64,000 nt of DNA from the NCBI GenBank assembly GCA_002269645.1, contig NIVC01001145.1:124001-188000 (forward strand), in the 5' to 3' direction. The notes beneath the pieces are model-generated. The model ran no database searches and was not told the DNA's origin. It saw only the letters and a program-made list of their open reading frames with translations. The position numbers and the translations under genes are program-made. Below are positions 24,820 to 37,260 of this stretch, one piece after another; position 1 is the stretch's first letter, and each line of letters opens with the position of its first letter. This DNA is from Macrostomum lignano. Its lineage: Eukaryota.

Positions 24820-25035
24820 CTAGTAATGTCCAATCCAGTACAGGAAAGCCCCAAATGGACATTGGGGATACAGACGATGCCAGAGGAATTCCTCAATGTG
24901 TGCGTCGAAGAGAGCGTTGCTTGTGCCATGCATATTGCAGATCTTGCGCTTCGCGTGGGCCCATGTGCCCTCCACGGTGTTGGTGTGGACTGTTGGGTCT
25001 GCTGGATCTACGAAGTGCAGCCGATGGGAAATGAG
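24820..25035 (-). mobile_element. Merlin/ISXO2-like DDE transposase C-terminal fragment (truncated)
   Basis: HRLHFVDPADPTVHTNTVEGTWAHAKRK...HGTS...HIEEFLW matches the Merlin/IS1595-family motif NH...FVDP....HT..IE..W...K...GT.......EF.W. No N-terminal part was found. Confidence 0.75.
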
Positions 25036-28000
25036 AAATTGAAGCTCAAAAAACAAGCAGCTCACAAGCAACAGCTCCCTTAAACTGACACCCCCTTAAA
25101 CTCTGTTTGCTCAAACTTTTGGCCATAGACACATTGCCAATTGATGTCATTTGACTCGGTGGTACGAACTCAAATGTTAAAATAATTTACCAAACGGAAG
25201 TGTAGGATTGCCTCATGTCCCTAGTAATAATTAAAGAAAATAGGCCTAATGTTAATAGTATCACTATCAAATATTCATTTTTAATCCAGTACACTAATTA
25301 TGAACCACAGATACTACATAATATCTGTGTTATATAGTATCTGTGTTATGAACTTAATTAAAATTGTATTAAATATTTAAAACTAACGTTTTTATAGTTT
25401 TTTATCTTTAGGTGGCCTAGGCTATTATATTAGGCCTAGCAATTTTTATCTTCAGTAAGCCCTAAAATCTATTCAACGTTAGGCCTACTTTAACTTACTA
25501 AGCCGACTTTTTAAGTAATTTTAATTCCAGCTAGATATAGCAATAGCCCTTATGTGGACGCCAACAAAGAATGTGAATCTGAATAAATAAACTAAAGAAA
25601 AGTTCCTGAAATTTAAAGTTCTGTATTTTATATTACGTAGTTAGTAAAATTTGAGAATTTGAGCTTCAATCTGTAAGAAATAGGAATGATTTTTTTGGAG
25701 TTTGTAATTATACGATGCCAAATGAATTCGTCTTTTGACACACTTTGCATTCGTGCCAATGTTTTTTCCCTTGGGACAGAAAATTTCTGCTAACAAATTT
25801 TTAAAGCTGAATATGGCGTCAGAGTAAGGAATGTAACCCGAAACATGTATTCATTTTTTGTTTGAATTATCTGTTCGAAGGAAAAAATATCTTTCGGGAG
25901 ATTCATATCTGTCGGGGAACCCGGGCATGTAAGAATGTCAATGTTTTTTTAATTTTTTTGGATGCACAAAGACGACGAAAGTTCTCTTTATATATACTCG
26001 TATTTCAAATCTTTTCGATGTTAAATGTGCCACTACGTTTCTGAAAAAAACACCAGAACTTATACGAGGTAATAACATATTATATTAGCGAATCAAATTA
26101 GTGAATATTTGAAAATAAAACTCTGGTCATTCAAATCATTATATTTTAAGTCCCTAGTTCTTAATAGTACTATGCTACCTGCTTCATTTTTAACAAAGGC
26201 GGGAAGGATTACCTAAACCAATCACAATAATTCTCTAGAAGAGAAAAACTATAACTAAACTGACACTTATTGTAATATCACTATTGTATTGTATTTTAAT
26301 ATTTGATCTAAATTTAATAAATTTCAAGACAACTATGCGACAAGGAAGCGTGATTTTTTGCCTGAATCTACTTAAGTTGTCCACCAGTCCACGATGCACG
26401 ATACTTAAACGTGTGCTGCGCAACAAAACTTTGTTACAATTTTATTGAATAATTAGTTAATGAATACTAATAGAAATCAATTATTTGATTACCATCTAAC
26501 TACGACATTATTGCATCTAAAAACGTTTGAAGTTTAGAATTGCTTTTCAGCTACAAAATTGTACTGCATGCTACTATACAGTGTAGTGGTACAGATCCAA
26601 CTCCCCAGTGAGGGGGGCAGATCCAAATGGAGGTGGAGGGATCGAAGCACAGATCTGATTTTTGCAAAAATTGGCTGCCACGCGCTTGGTCCACGAGACA
26701 ATTAAACTTTTCTGTGTAGCCCTCCTTCCGGTGCAGTGTTTTGCGCCCTTTGCTGCAACAGCTGTACGAGGGAATGTGTATTGAATAGCATATAACCTGC
26801 TTCGAGTATAATTAATTGTATACAGGTATTCGTTCTTCGAACTGCTAATTATAATGAAAATTGGTTTGTCTGGGTTGAAGTATAGTTTACTTTTGGTAAG
26901 GAAAATATTTGTGCGCATACATGTATAGTACTCATGGACCGAAAAACGGCAACAAAAATCAACATCAAAATAAAATTATCTACACCGGTATAAGCACAAA
27001 AGCAAGCCATGCAGTAAACCTTTTAGCCAATTGGACCATGCAAGACTCTTTCACATGCATGCATGCGTAGCCATTTAATTGCACCTATGTACGCATGTTG
27101 TACAGCAATTGGAGAGCGGTAGAGCGATAGAGTTACTACATGTATACCGCGCAATCTAATAGGAATATATCTGCAGATGTGCAGAGTACATTATGTACAT
27201 GTACATGTACATTGTACAAGAATCCCCACGATTCATAATGTGTACTATATTATATGTATGCACAATCAAAATCCTACGAGTATATCGACAAGCCACATGC
27301 AGGAATATAACATCGAAACGAGAATTTTTCAAAACCGAGGGCCAATGCACTTTTTGACAATTATACTAATGTCAGCTGAATTAACACTGAATAAAATCCT
27401 ATTGCTTATTTAATTGGGGTTTAATGGGCGCCTTCGCAGCAAGGAACCAATAGTCTATGGTACAATTACTACTTCTATGCCGGGACCAAAATCAACAGAA
27501 AAATTGTCTATGGTACAATTATTGGGGCTTCGCCCGCCTCGAGACCATTAAATGCAGCCTCGGACATTCTGACCATAGAATGCTTATTAAATTGCTAGTA
27601 TCATATACGTATTGTTGAGCCTGCTCTAGATAACGCATAGCTGCGCTGAATAGGATTTTGCCATAGACAAATTCTGTAGAATAATGCGTGCTAAAAAATA
27701 TGTTTTCTCCACAGATTCGATTTTATAACTACGAGTACATGTATATGTTGCCATAGACGGGCCACTTCCAGCCGCCTGGCGAAAGCCCCGGGGTTAAGAC
27801 CATAGACGGTATAGCTTCTGCTGCTCTCAAGCATTAGCATTAGCAGCTGCAGCTGCAGCTATATAGTGTCTGTGGCCCTAAAAACCTGGCCAGGGTTTTC
27901 CCTCTGCGGCCAGACGGCGGCTAAACACTCGTACATCAGCCAATGCTGTAGTGACACACCCCCAATCTAGGGGGTCGCTATCACAAACCCGAAAAATCAC

Positions 28001-28094
28001 AACTCCTAAAGAATTTTCCATCAAAAACCCGATCCTATCATAAACAAGAAAATACTATAACTTCGAAAACCACCGTTGGGCGTTGAATTTTCGG

Positions 28095-28890
28095 CTTTTG
28101 TGATATTTCGGTTTTGTGATATTTCGGGTTTGTGATATTTCGGAATTTGATATTTCGGGTTTGTGATATTTCGGGTTTGTGATATTTCGGGTTTGTGATA
28201 CTTCAAGTTTGTGATATTTCGGGTTTGTGATACTTCAAGTTTGTGATATTTCGGTTTTGTGATATTTCAGGTTTGTGATATTTCGGAATTTGATATTTCG
28301 GGTTTGTGATATTTCGGTTTTGTGATATTTCGGGTTTGTGATACTTCAAGTTTGTGATATTTCGGTTTTGTGATATTTCGGGTTTGTGATATTTCGGAAT
28401 TTGATATTTCGGGTTTGTGATATTTTGGAATTTGATATTTCGGGTTTGTGATATTTCGGCTTTTGTGATATTTCGGTTTTGTGATATTTCGGGTTTGTGA
28501 TATTTCGGTTTTGTGATATTTCGGTTTTGTGATATTTCGGGTTTGTGATATTTCGGAATTTGATATTTCGGGTTTGTGATATTTCGGAATTTGATATTTC
28601 GGATTTGTGATATTTCGGAATTTGTGATATTTCGGTTTTGTGATATTTCGGGTTTATGATATTTCGGAATTTGATATTTCGGGTTTGTGATATTTCGGAA
28701 TTTGATATTTCGGGTTTGTGATATTTCGGAATTTGATATTTCGGGTTTGTGATATTTTGGCTTTTGTGATATTTCGGTTTTGTGATATTTCGGGTTTGTG
28801 ATATTTCGGAATTCGATATTTCGGGTTTGTGATACTTCAAGTTTGTGATATTTCGGGTTGAATCTTAAGTTTAGGATATTTCGGGTTGGT
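28095..28890. repeat. 15/16-bp satellite GTGATATTTCGGGTTT
   Basis: Read directly. Confidence 0.93.
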
Positions 28891-28898
28891 GATTTTTC

Positions 28899-28928
28899 GG
28901 GTTAGGGTTAGGGTTAGGGTTAGGGTTA
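28899..28928 (+). repeat. Interstitial telomeric repeat (GGGTTA)x5
   Basis: Read directly. Related (CCCTAA)n tracts lie at ~55284-55315 (also followed by CCCGAAA) and ~55650-55700. Confidence 0.9.
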
Positions 28929-30269
28929 GATGCCCCCTCTCCAATCTAGGTAGAATATATAATTTGTGTCTAGAAATGCATACTAAATGCACTATAGCGA
29001 CGAGATGATGAATATGGCCTTCTTTACTGTCCTTCATCGTCCTTCTCTACTTCAGCTGTCCATATGGTACAATAATCGATTATTGATTATTCAACCCTTG
29101 GGCAATAAAACCTGCACCCTGACTGCGATCCCGGCAACGCCCCTAAATTATATATACATGTAAATGTACACATGCTATTACTGCTAATCTAAAAGTTCAA
29201 GGTATTATATTCTCTGATAGTCTCGCTTTTAAAGTAAAATGTTTAAAAGTAAAAAAAAACTGGCTTTAGCCGTTAATTAGTCTCGCAATTAAGGCGGTAT
29301 TAGGATAAATATTATTGGCAGCTAAAAAACACTTAAATCCTTCTAGGATACCTGCAAATGTTATTTGGATATAAAGCTAGACTAGTCCTGATTTTAGGAT
29401 CGGATATAAGCTATTATAGATTACTTGTGTTTTTGTCTGGCCGTCAATTCCTTCTCTTAGTACGAAATTTTAAAAAGACGCTAGTTATATAGCGTCTCTT
29501 TGCTACCTAAATGAAGTCTTGAGTTAACTTTCTCAATTAGAAACTCAAGTACTTAGACAGGCTTGAACAAATTCAAGCAGTTGGGAACGAAACCCGACTA
29601 TAGGGTTCCGCACAGTGTAACTAAGAGTCCACATACTATATTAGCTATTAGGTCAAAATAATTGCGCACCAGGTTGCAAAGGTGTTTTGAGCACCGTTTC
29701 AGCAAATCACGCTCAGACAGGGTGCACACAGCGACCCAGAGTTTTGATATGGCCTCAATGGACAATTGGTTAGATGCCAAAGTCTCAAATAAGTTGACTA
29801 AATGGCTGCTGATATCTGAAACTGGAAATTGCTTTATTGCTTTAAAAATTAACGGTCAGAGCATTTTATTCTTAGGTTTGTTACCCTTTCAATTCGAATG
29901 ACTCAATCAACTATTGACATACAGAAAAATCCATGCTCTAGAACCAGGCTCGTCCCCCCGTCTGTGGGAGATCTTTTACATATATACATAATATAGAAGT
30001 TCTCTAAAGGTCAACTGGCTGAATTTCAAAGTCAGAATTATAAAAAGCGTATGTAAATCCTGGATGATTGGATTAATTAAATAGAAGGAGGAGCGGTAGG
30101 GAACTAAGCTATGTATCTAAGCTATATAAGCTAGGCAAGAGGTTTAGTCCCGAATAGTGTAGCAACCAAAATTGAGCAATTCAAGATTCTTCTCCTACAT
30201 TTTCGTTTCCTGTCTATATTTTTTAATGATCTTATTAGTCTTAGGAATCGTTCTTTGTTAGTCTGAAAG

Positions 30270-30980
30270 TGTGCTTAGACTGTGCCTGAAAACTGTGTGA
30301 AAGTGTGCCTGAACTGTGCCTGAAAACTGTGTGAAAGTGTGCTTGAACTGTACCTGAAAACTGTGTGAAAGTGTGCCTGAACTGTGCCTGAAAACTGTGT
30401 GAAAGTGTGCCTGAACTGTGCCTGAAAACTGTGTGAAAGTGTTCTTGAACTGTGCCTGAAAACTGTGTGAAAGTGTGCCTGAACTGTGCCTGAAAACTGT
30501 GTGAAAGTGTGCTTGAACTGTGCCTGAAAACTGTGTGAAAGTGTGCCTGAACTGTACCTGAAAACTGTGTGAAAGTGTGCCTGAACTGTGCCTGAAAACT
30601 GTGTGAAAGTGTGCTTGAACTGTGCCTGAAAACTGTGTGAAAGTGTGCCTGAAAACTGTGTGAAAGTGTGCTTGAACTGTACCTGAAAACTGTGTGAAAG
30701 TTTGCTTGAACTGTGCCTGAAAACTGTGTGAAAGTGTGCCTGAACTGTACCTGAAAACTGTGTGAAAGTGTGCCTGAACTGTGCCTGAAAACTGTGTGAA
30801 AGTGTGCTTGAACTGTGCCTGAAAACTGTGTGAAAGTGTGCCTGAAAACTGTGTGAAAGTGTGCCTGAAAACTGTGTGAAAGTGTGCTTGAACTGTACCT
30901 GAAAACTGTGTAAACTGTGTGAAAGTGAGCTTGAACTGTGCCTGAAAACTGTGTGAAAGTGTGCTTGAACTGTACCTGAA
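30270..30980. repeat. 34-bp minisatellite GTGCCTGAAAACTGTGTGAAAGTGTGCCTGAACT
   Basis: Read directly. Confidence 0.93.
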
Positions 30981-31226
30981 ATATGGATGGAAAAACGAGT
31001 TTCAGACGTCACAAGAGGATCTAATTCTGCAACCAGATACTTCATAGATCGAACTGCAGATTTTTAAAAAAAAATTTTACATCGATATCGCGTTACACGT
31101 CAAAAACAAAATGCGCAGCATATTTAACTGCAGAAAATGCTGCATAAAAAGCTGACAAAGCATGCAATATAGTGCTTGGCGGGTACTGAGCTAAGGGCCT
31201 TGGATACCATCAGTCAGGTGCAGTAA

Positions 31227-31439
31227 TTAAAGCTCTTCTTCAGAGGCGAAATCTGCCTGCTCGTTTTCGTTCGAGGGTTCAGCGCGGCGGCACGGGGCTA
31301 TTTTTGAACTGCCTGAATAACCATCGCGCTGCATGATCAGCCGTTCACGCAAGATCTGGCCTACTGATCGGGCCTGCATGTGCGACGCCTCAGTCGCCCT
31401 CTCTAGGCTCATCTCTAGGCCTGCGGCTAGCCTACTCAT
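31227..31439 (-). CDS. Candidate 70-aa small protein, divergent from the NCKX gene
   Basis: AAAATG start at 31439, 18 nt downstream of a pyrimidine-rich CAG acceptor (31459-31458). A candidate upstream donor AAG/GTAGAT lies near 31621. The ORF is GC-rich. No recognisable family. Confidence 0.4.
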   Translation of the reverse strand: MSRLAAGLEMSLERATEASHMQARSVGQILRERLIMQRDGYSGSSKIAPCRRAEPSNENEQADFASEEEL

Positions 31440-31964
31440 TTTGACAGACGGGTGGGTCTGAGGGATTGGGATAATTATAAGCAAGCATAATGGGAAGACA
31501 GCGCCCGGGCTTTGATTGAATTGGGAATAAGCAAAAGGAAGACGACAACGGGTGGATAAGAGTGGGAGGTATGGAAACGATTGTGCAGGAACATTTTCTC
31601 AGGTAAAGGGGAAAAATCTACCTTGTCCATCCATCGACTAATTTTTGTCCCGAGCCAATCCTGAGCAGACAGACAGACAGAGGGAGAAAGTGAGGAAGAG
31701 GGGAAAGCGACAGCGAGATCGAATCGAGCACTGCTCAAGCAGTAAGACAGAGAGAGAGAGAGAGAGAGCAGCTCACAAAGCTACCTTCGGATTAGCCCTT
31801 CTCTATCCTGCCGTAGGATTAAGGCATTCGTAGGCTTTAAAAGCTGCACCCATAGTAATAATTGACTTCAAGCAGCAAGGTAAGAAAAGATGCTTTGCTT
31901 TGCAAAGCTTTGCAAAGCCCAAAGCCGCGTGTAATTGTGACTCAGAGTTGTCGATCAGCACAAC

Positions 31965-34900
31965 ATGACTTCTTGGCTAGCAGCGCTGGCAGTAACCGGA
32001 CTCACGACCGCTCTGGTCACGTCGGCAGCTGCAGCGGCCGCCGACGGCACTCGCTACGATCCGTCAATTCAATGCAACGACAGCGAAGCCACCGGCGAGT
32101 ACCCGCGCGATGTGTTCACCTGCGAGCAGAAGAGCCGTGGCGCGATTGTCCTGCACTGCATCGGCCTGCTCTACATGTTCTGCGCGTTGGCCATCGTCTG
32201 CGACGAATTCTTTGTGCCCAGCCTCTCCGTCATCACTAGACGGTTGCGCATCTCGAATGACGTTGCCGGGGCAACGTTTATGGCGGCTGGGGGCTCGGCG
32301 CCCGAGCTGGCTACATCATTTCTCGGCTCCTTCGTGTCGGCTAGCGACGTGGGCATCGGGACCATCGTTGGCAGCGCCGTGTTCAACATCCTGTTTGTGC
32401 TCAGCATGTGCGCTTTCTTCTCGCGCGGCGTCCTGCAGCTCACCTGGTGGCCTCTGTTTCGCGACTGCTGCTTCTACATGCTGTCGCTGACTCTGCTGAT
32501 GATTGCCTTCAGAGACGCCAGCATCGACTGGTACGAGTCCGTGGCGCTGCTCGCCTGCTACGCCGCCTACGTGCTGTTCATGAAGTTCAACGAGCAAATA
32601 GAGACCCGAGTTCGCGCCCTGATCGGGGCCGGCAGGCGCCACCAATCTGAGGTAGCCGCCGCGCCAACCGCCGTCCCCGCGGTCGCCGCCACTGTCGCGA
32701 CTGCCTCAGTTCCTTCGGCCAGAAGAGGGGCAGAGATCGGCACTGAAAATGGCAACGGCAACGCTGCTGCTAGGGTGACGTCGTCGCAGGCGCCGAGCCT
32801 CAACGGCAGCAGCAGTTCGCTGCCAGCTGAGATCGGCTCCACCGCTGCCGTAGGCGCAGCCGACGTCTTGTCGGAGCCGGTCAGGCGTCAGCAGCCGAAA
32901 ATGTTGAAGCGTCGTCAATCCACCGGGCTGCCGATTCTGCACTCGGCTGGCGTGGGCCGATTTCGCACCGGCGTCTTCCAGTTGATGACGCACGCGGCTA
33001 ATCAACTGATGCTGCAGGAGGAGTGCGATGGAGCGGTTGCGGACGCTGAGAATGGCGGCACTGCAGGTACGAGCGTAATAATCGTTTAACAGTTTTTGGC
33101 GAAACCCCATTCAGTGGGTCTACGACGTTTGCCCGTCGTGTGCCCGGCAGGCAAGAAGTTAGCCGCCGGTAACTAATTGTTAGGTATATATTATCCCGCC
33201 ATGAAGTATACAGGCATATAATTTTAGTATACAACGCGCGTACCTGTACATGTAATTATTATCTACAGTAAGCTTATGCCCGGCTATCTAGATTATCTAT
33301 AGTATCTCCATAAAAGTCTTTTAGGTTCTAGGTCTGATAACCTGATAGTCTTTTCAACTTTAAACTGTTCACGTTGGGCGAGTCCTGAAACGTCATGTAA
33401 GCAGGAAAGCGGTAATGCGCCCGACTCTCTGGCACCATGCGTCCCAAGTTCCTGTTTGCGGCGAGACCATCTTGGACCTCAAAAAAGCTAAGAAAGCTAA
33501 TCGATGCTTATCAGTCAATTAAATCAGTTCTAGTAAAATTCAGAAGTTAACCCGGCTACTCAAGCCTGCTTAATACAGGCGTAATACAGTTTATAGTTAC
33601 GAGTATGCTTAGTAGTACTCGTAATACTCCTACGTGCATTAAAGAATGTACTTTTATTTGTCCAATTAGTGCAGTATGAAACTAACAAATTCGTGTTTAC
33701 ATCTTTCTAAATGCGATATAACAAAAAACAGTGCCAAAATTATCATTTTACTAACCATTTAGTGCTTCGTTTGAAAGCTGAAAGAAGGACATTCCGATCA
33801 AGGCGATAGTCACAATAAATATTTTTAGTCTGCAGCCCCTATATCTATGCATGAATGTACATGTCGTTTATCCTAATAGTAAAAATAGTAAATAGGACCC
33901 TTACAGACACTAATACATGTATTTCGGGGACGAATCGAGGGGAAAATTTCTTCGAGAGTAAACTTCCGCCGGGCAAATGGTGGTGACCCCATTCAGTGAT
34001 ATGCAAAAATGAAAATGTTTGTAAAAGTTCTGGGTCCTTTGACACTCGGCTAAACTAAACTCTACAGTATATCCTCCAATGCTTGACCTACCACCGTTCC
34101 TTAATTATGAAAAGCCGCAGGCGAATGGATTAAAAATATACCACTCGCACCACCGGAGTAGGCTGAGATTTAGGGATAGAAGAGAAGGCTGAGGAAGTAA
34201 TTAAATTAACAGGAAGTTCTGCTGAGGAATATGATGAAGTGATTTTATTAATCACGTATTATATAGGATGACACTAATTTTGAACCCTAGGATCTATCCC
34301 GATCCATCCTGATCTACCCTGATCTATCCCGATCCATCCTGATCTATCCTGATCTATCTTGATCTATTCTAATCTATCCTGATCTACCCTGATCTACCCT
34401 GATCTACCCTGATCTACCCTGATCTATCCTGATCTAACCCGATCTATCCCGATCTATCCTGATCTATCCTGATCTAACCCGATCTATCCTGATCCATCCT
34501 GATCTAACCCGATCTATCCCGATCTATCCTGATCTTCCCTGATCTATCCTGATCCATCCTGATCTATCCTGATCTTTCCTGATCCATCCTGATCTATCCT
34601 GATCTTATCCTGATCTTCCCTGATCTTCCCTGATCTACCCTGATCTACCCTGATCTATCCTGATCTAACCCGATCTATCCCGATCTATCCTGATCTTCCC
34701 TGATCTATCCTATTCTATCCTGATCCATCCTGATCTATCCTGATCTATCCTGATCTATCCTAATCTATCCTGATCTATCCTGATCTATCCTGATCTATCC
34801 TGATCCATCCTGATCTATCCTGATCTATCCTGATCTATCCTGATCTATCCTGATCTATCCTGATCTATCCTGATCTATCCTGATCTATCCTGATCAATCC

Positions 34901-36802
34901 TGACCTACTCAGTACTAGTCGTAGATTTCCTTCTCTAACGCAATGCCAAGCGTCATCTAGTTAATAAAATATAGCATACCGGACGAATACTCAGCCAGTG
35001 CCTGTGCATACGCGATCATCTCTCCGCGCATTCTTCCGCTTGTGTTGTCATGGATCAAAGGAATTCCTTTAAGAAAAAACCAAGCATAAAAAATTGTTGC
35101 AGCCAGAGCAGAAGCGAACGAGTTCCTGGAAAATCTGTTAGGACAAGCCGACAGAATGTATATAAATATTAATTACTTCTCGTATGCTTTTGCGGATGTA
35201 ACTAGACAACTCTGATTGCTGCACACTGGGTAAGGACTCGCTGACGTGACACGCAGGCTGGGTTAATAAAGATTGAATCTTTGATAGGAATTTTATCTGT
35301 TGTGCGTCACGAGATGGGCTAGGACAGGGTGAGATTAAACTGGGACAGGGTGAGATTGGATTGGGACAGGGTGAGATTGGATTGGGACAGGGTGAGATTA
35401 AACTGGGACAGGGTGAGATTGGATTGGGACAGGGTGAGATTAAACTGGGACAGGGTGAGATTGGATTGGGACAGGGTGAGATTAAACTGGGACAGGGTGA
35501 GATTGGATTGGGACAGGGTGAGATTAGACTGGGACATTGTGAAATTGGACTGGGACAGGGTGAGATTGGATTGGGACAGGGTGAGATTAGACTGGGAAAT
35601 TGTGAAATTGGACTGGGACAGGGTGAGATTGGATTGGGACAGGGTGAGATTGGACTGGGACAGGGTGAGATTGGATTGGGACAGGGTGAGATTGGACTGG
35701 GACAGGGTGAGATTGGATTGGGACAGGGCGAGATTGGACTGGGGTAGGGTGAGATTAGACTGGGACAGGGTGAGATTGGACTGGGATTAGGTGAGATTGG
35801 ACTGGGATAAGGTGAGATTGGACTGGGACAGGGTGAGATTGGACTCTGAGAGGCAGGGGCGTCGTCACCGGAGGGGACAGGAAGGACATGACCCCCCAGT
35901 AAAAGCTATGGGAGAGACAAGCCGATGCTTTGTTCCCCCAACCCAATCTTGTGACCCGTTATGGAAATGAATAATTTTGCTTCCGGGTGGCAAAATGTCG
36001 CGCCTGCGGCGCAAAAATGAGTGTCTGCGGCGCAATAATGAGTGTCTGCGGCGCCAAAATGAGTGTCTGCGGCGCCAAAATGAGTGTATGCGGCGCCAAA
36101 ATGAGTACCTGCGGCGCCAAAATGAGTACCTGCGGCGCCAAAATGAATGTCTGCGGCGGCACCAAAATGAGTGCCTGCGGCGCTAAAATGAGTGCCTGCG
36201 GCTCCAAAATGAGTGTCTGCGGCGCCAAAATGATTGTCTGCGGCGCCAAAATGAGTACCAGCGGCGCCACAATGAATGCCTGCGGCGCCAAAGTGAGTTC
36301 CTGCGGCGCTAAAATGAATGTCTGCGGCGCCACAATGAGCGCTGACAACACCCGTTCTGAGAAAAATGTTTTGAGTCAGTCAGAGTTATGATAAAAAACT
36401 CTTTTTTGAAAAAAAAACCCTCAAACAGCGGTCAGCCCGGCCCGGTCGGGAGTCCGGATGCACCACGTGACCCAAGCAGTGATCAGCCGGACTCGGCAGC
36501 GCCCAACCGCAACGGAACTGTCTACAGTCACCAGCTCGCCTGAGGCGGACGGAGGTGCAAGGACGGAGGCAGCGGCGTCAGTGGCGGCGGGCGCCAGCGG
36601 AAACGGCAGCGCCGTCAACGGGCTCAACGGGCAGCCGCGCAGGTTGGAGGAGGCGGCCAAGCCGACGCCAACGACGGAGGGAGCTGCCGCAGACGCGAAG
36701 AAGCGGGCAGCCGAAGATGAGGTGTGTTGGTTTGCTTGATTTGTCGATTAGTGGGTGATTTGATTGGTTGATTGACTGATACATTGATTGATTTATTGAT
36801 TT

Positions 36803-36865
<63 letters not shown>

Positions 36866-36977
36866 TCTTTATTTTTTTATTTATTGATTGAATGAATGAA
36901 TGATTTGTTGATAGATTGATAGATTGGTAGATGATAGACTGATAAATAAATTGATTGATTGAATGATGAATTGGTTA

Positions 36978-37012
<35 letters not shown>

Positions 37013-37015
37013 TCT

Positions 37016-37066
<51 letters not shown>

Positions 37067-37107
37067 TTGAATGATTGACTGATCGATTGATCGATTGACT
37101 GATCGAT

Positions 37108-37156
<49 letters not shown>

Positions 37157-37229
37157 TATTTATTTATTTATTGAATGATTGACTGATCGATTGATCGATT
37201 GATTGATCGATCGATTGATTCATTGATTG

Positions 37230-37260
<31 letters not shown>

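Larger units (their letters stand above)
27969..28938. mobile_element. Putative non-autonomous TIR element (MULE-like, 9-bp TSD) with an internal satellite and a telomeric tract
   Basis: Ends AGGGGG/CCCCCT; subterminal inverted motif AACCCGAAAAATCAC / GTGATTTTTCGGGTT; flanks CCCCAATCT / CTCCAATCT (8/9). Confidence 0.55.

Noticed and set aside
27420-27830. Recurrent GTCTATGGT/ACCATAGAC inverted motifs (similar motifs near 41390 and 55049)
   Set aside because: Suggests a dispersed non-autonomous element, but boundaries and TSD could not be defined.
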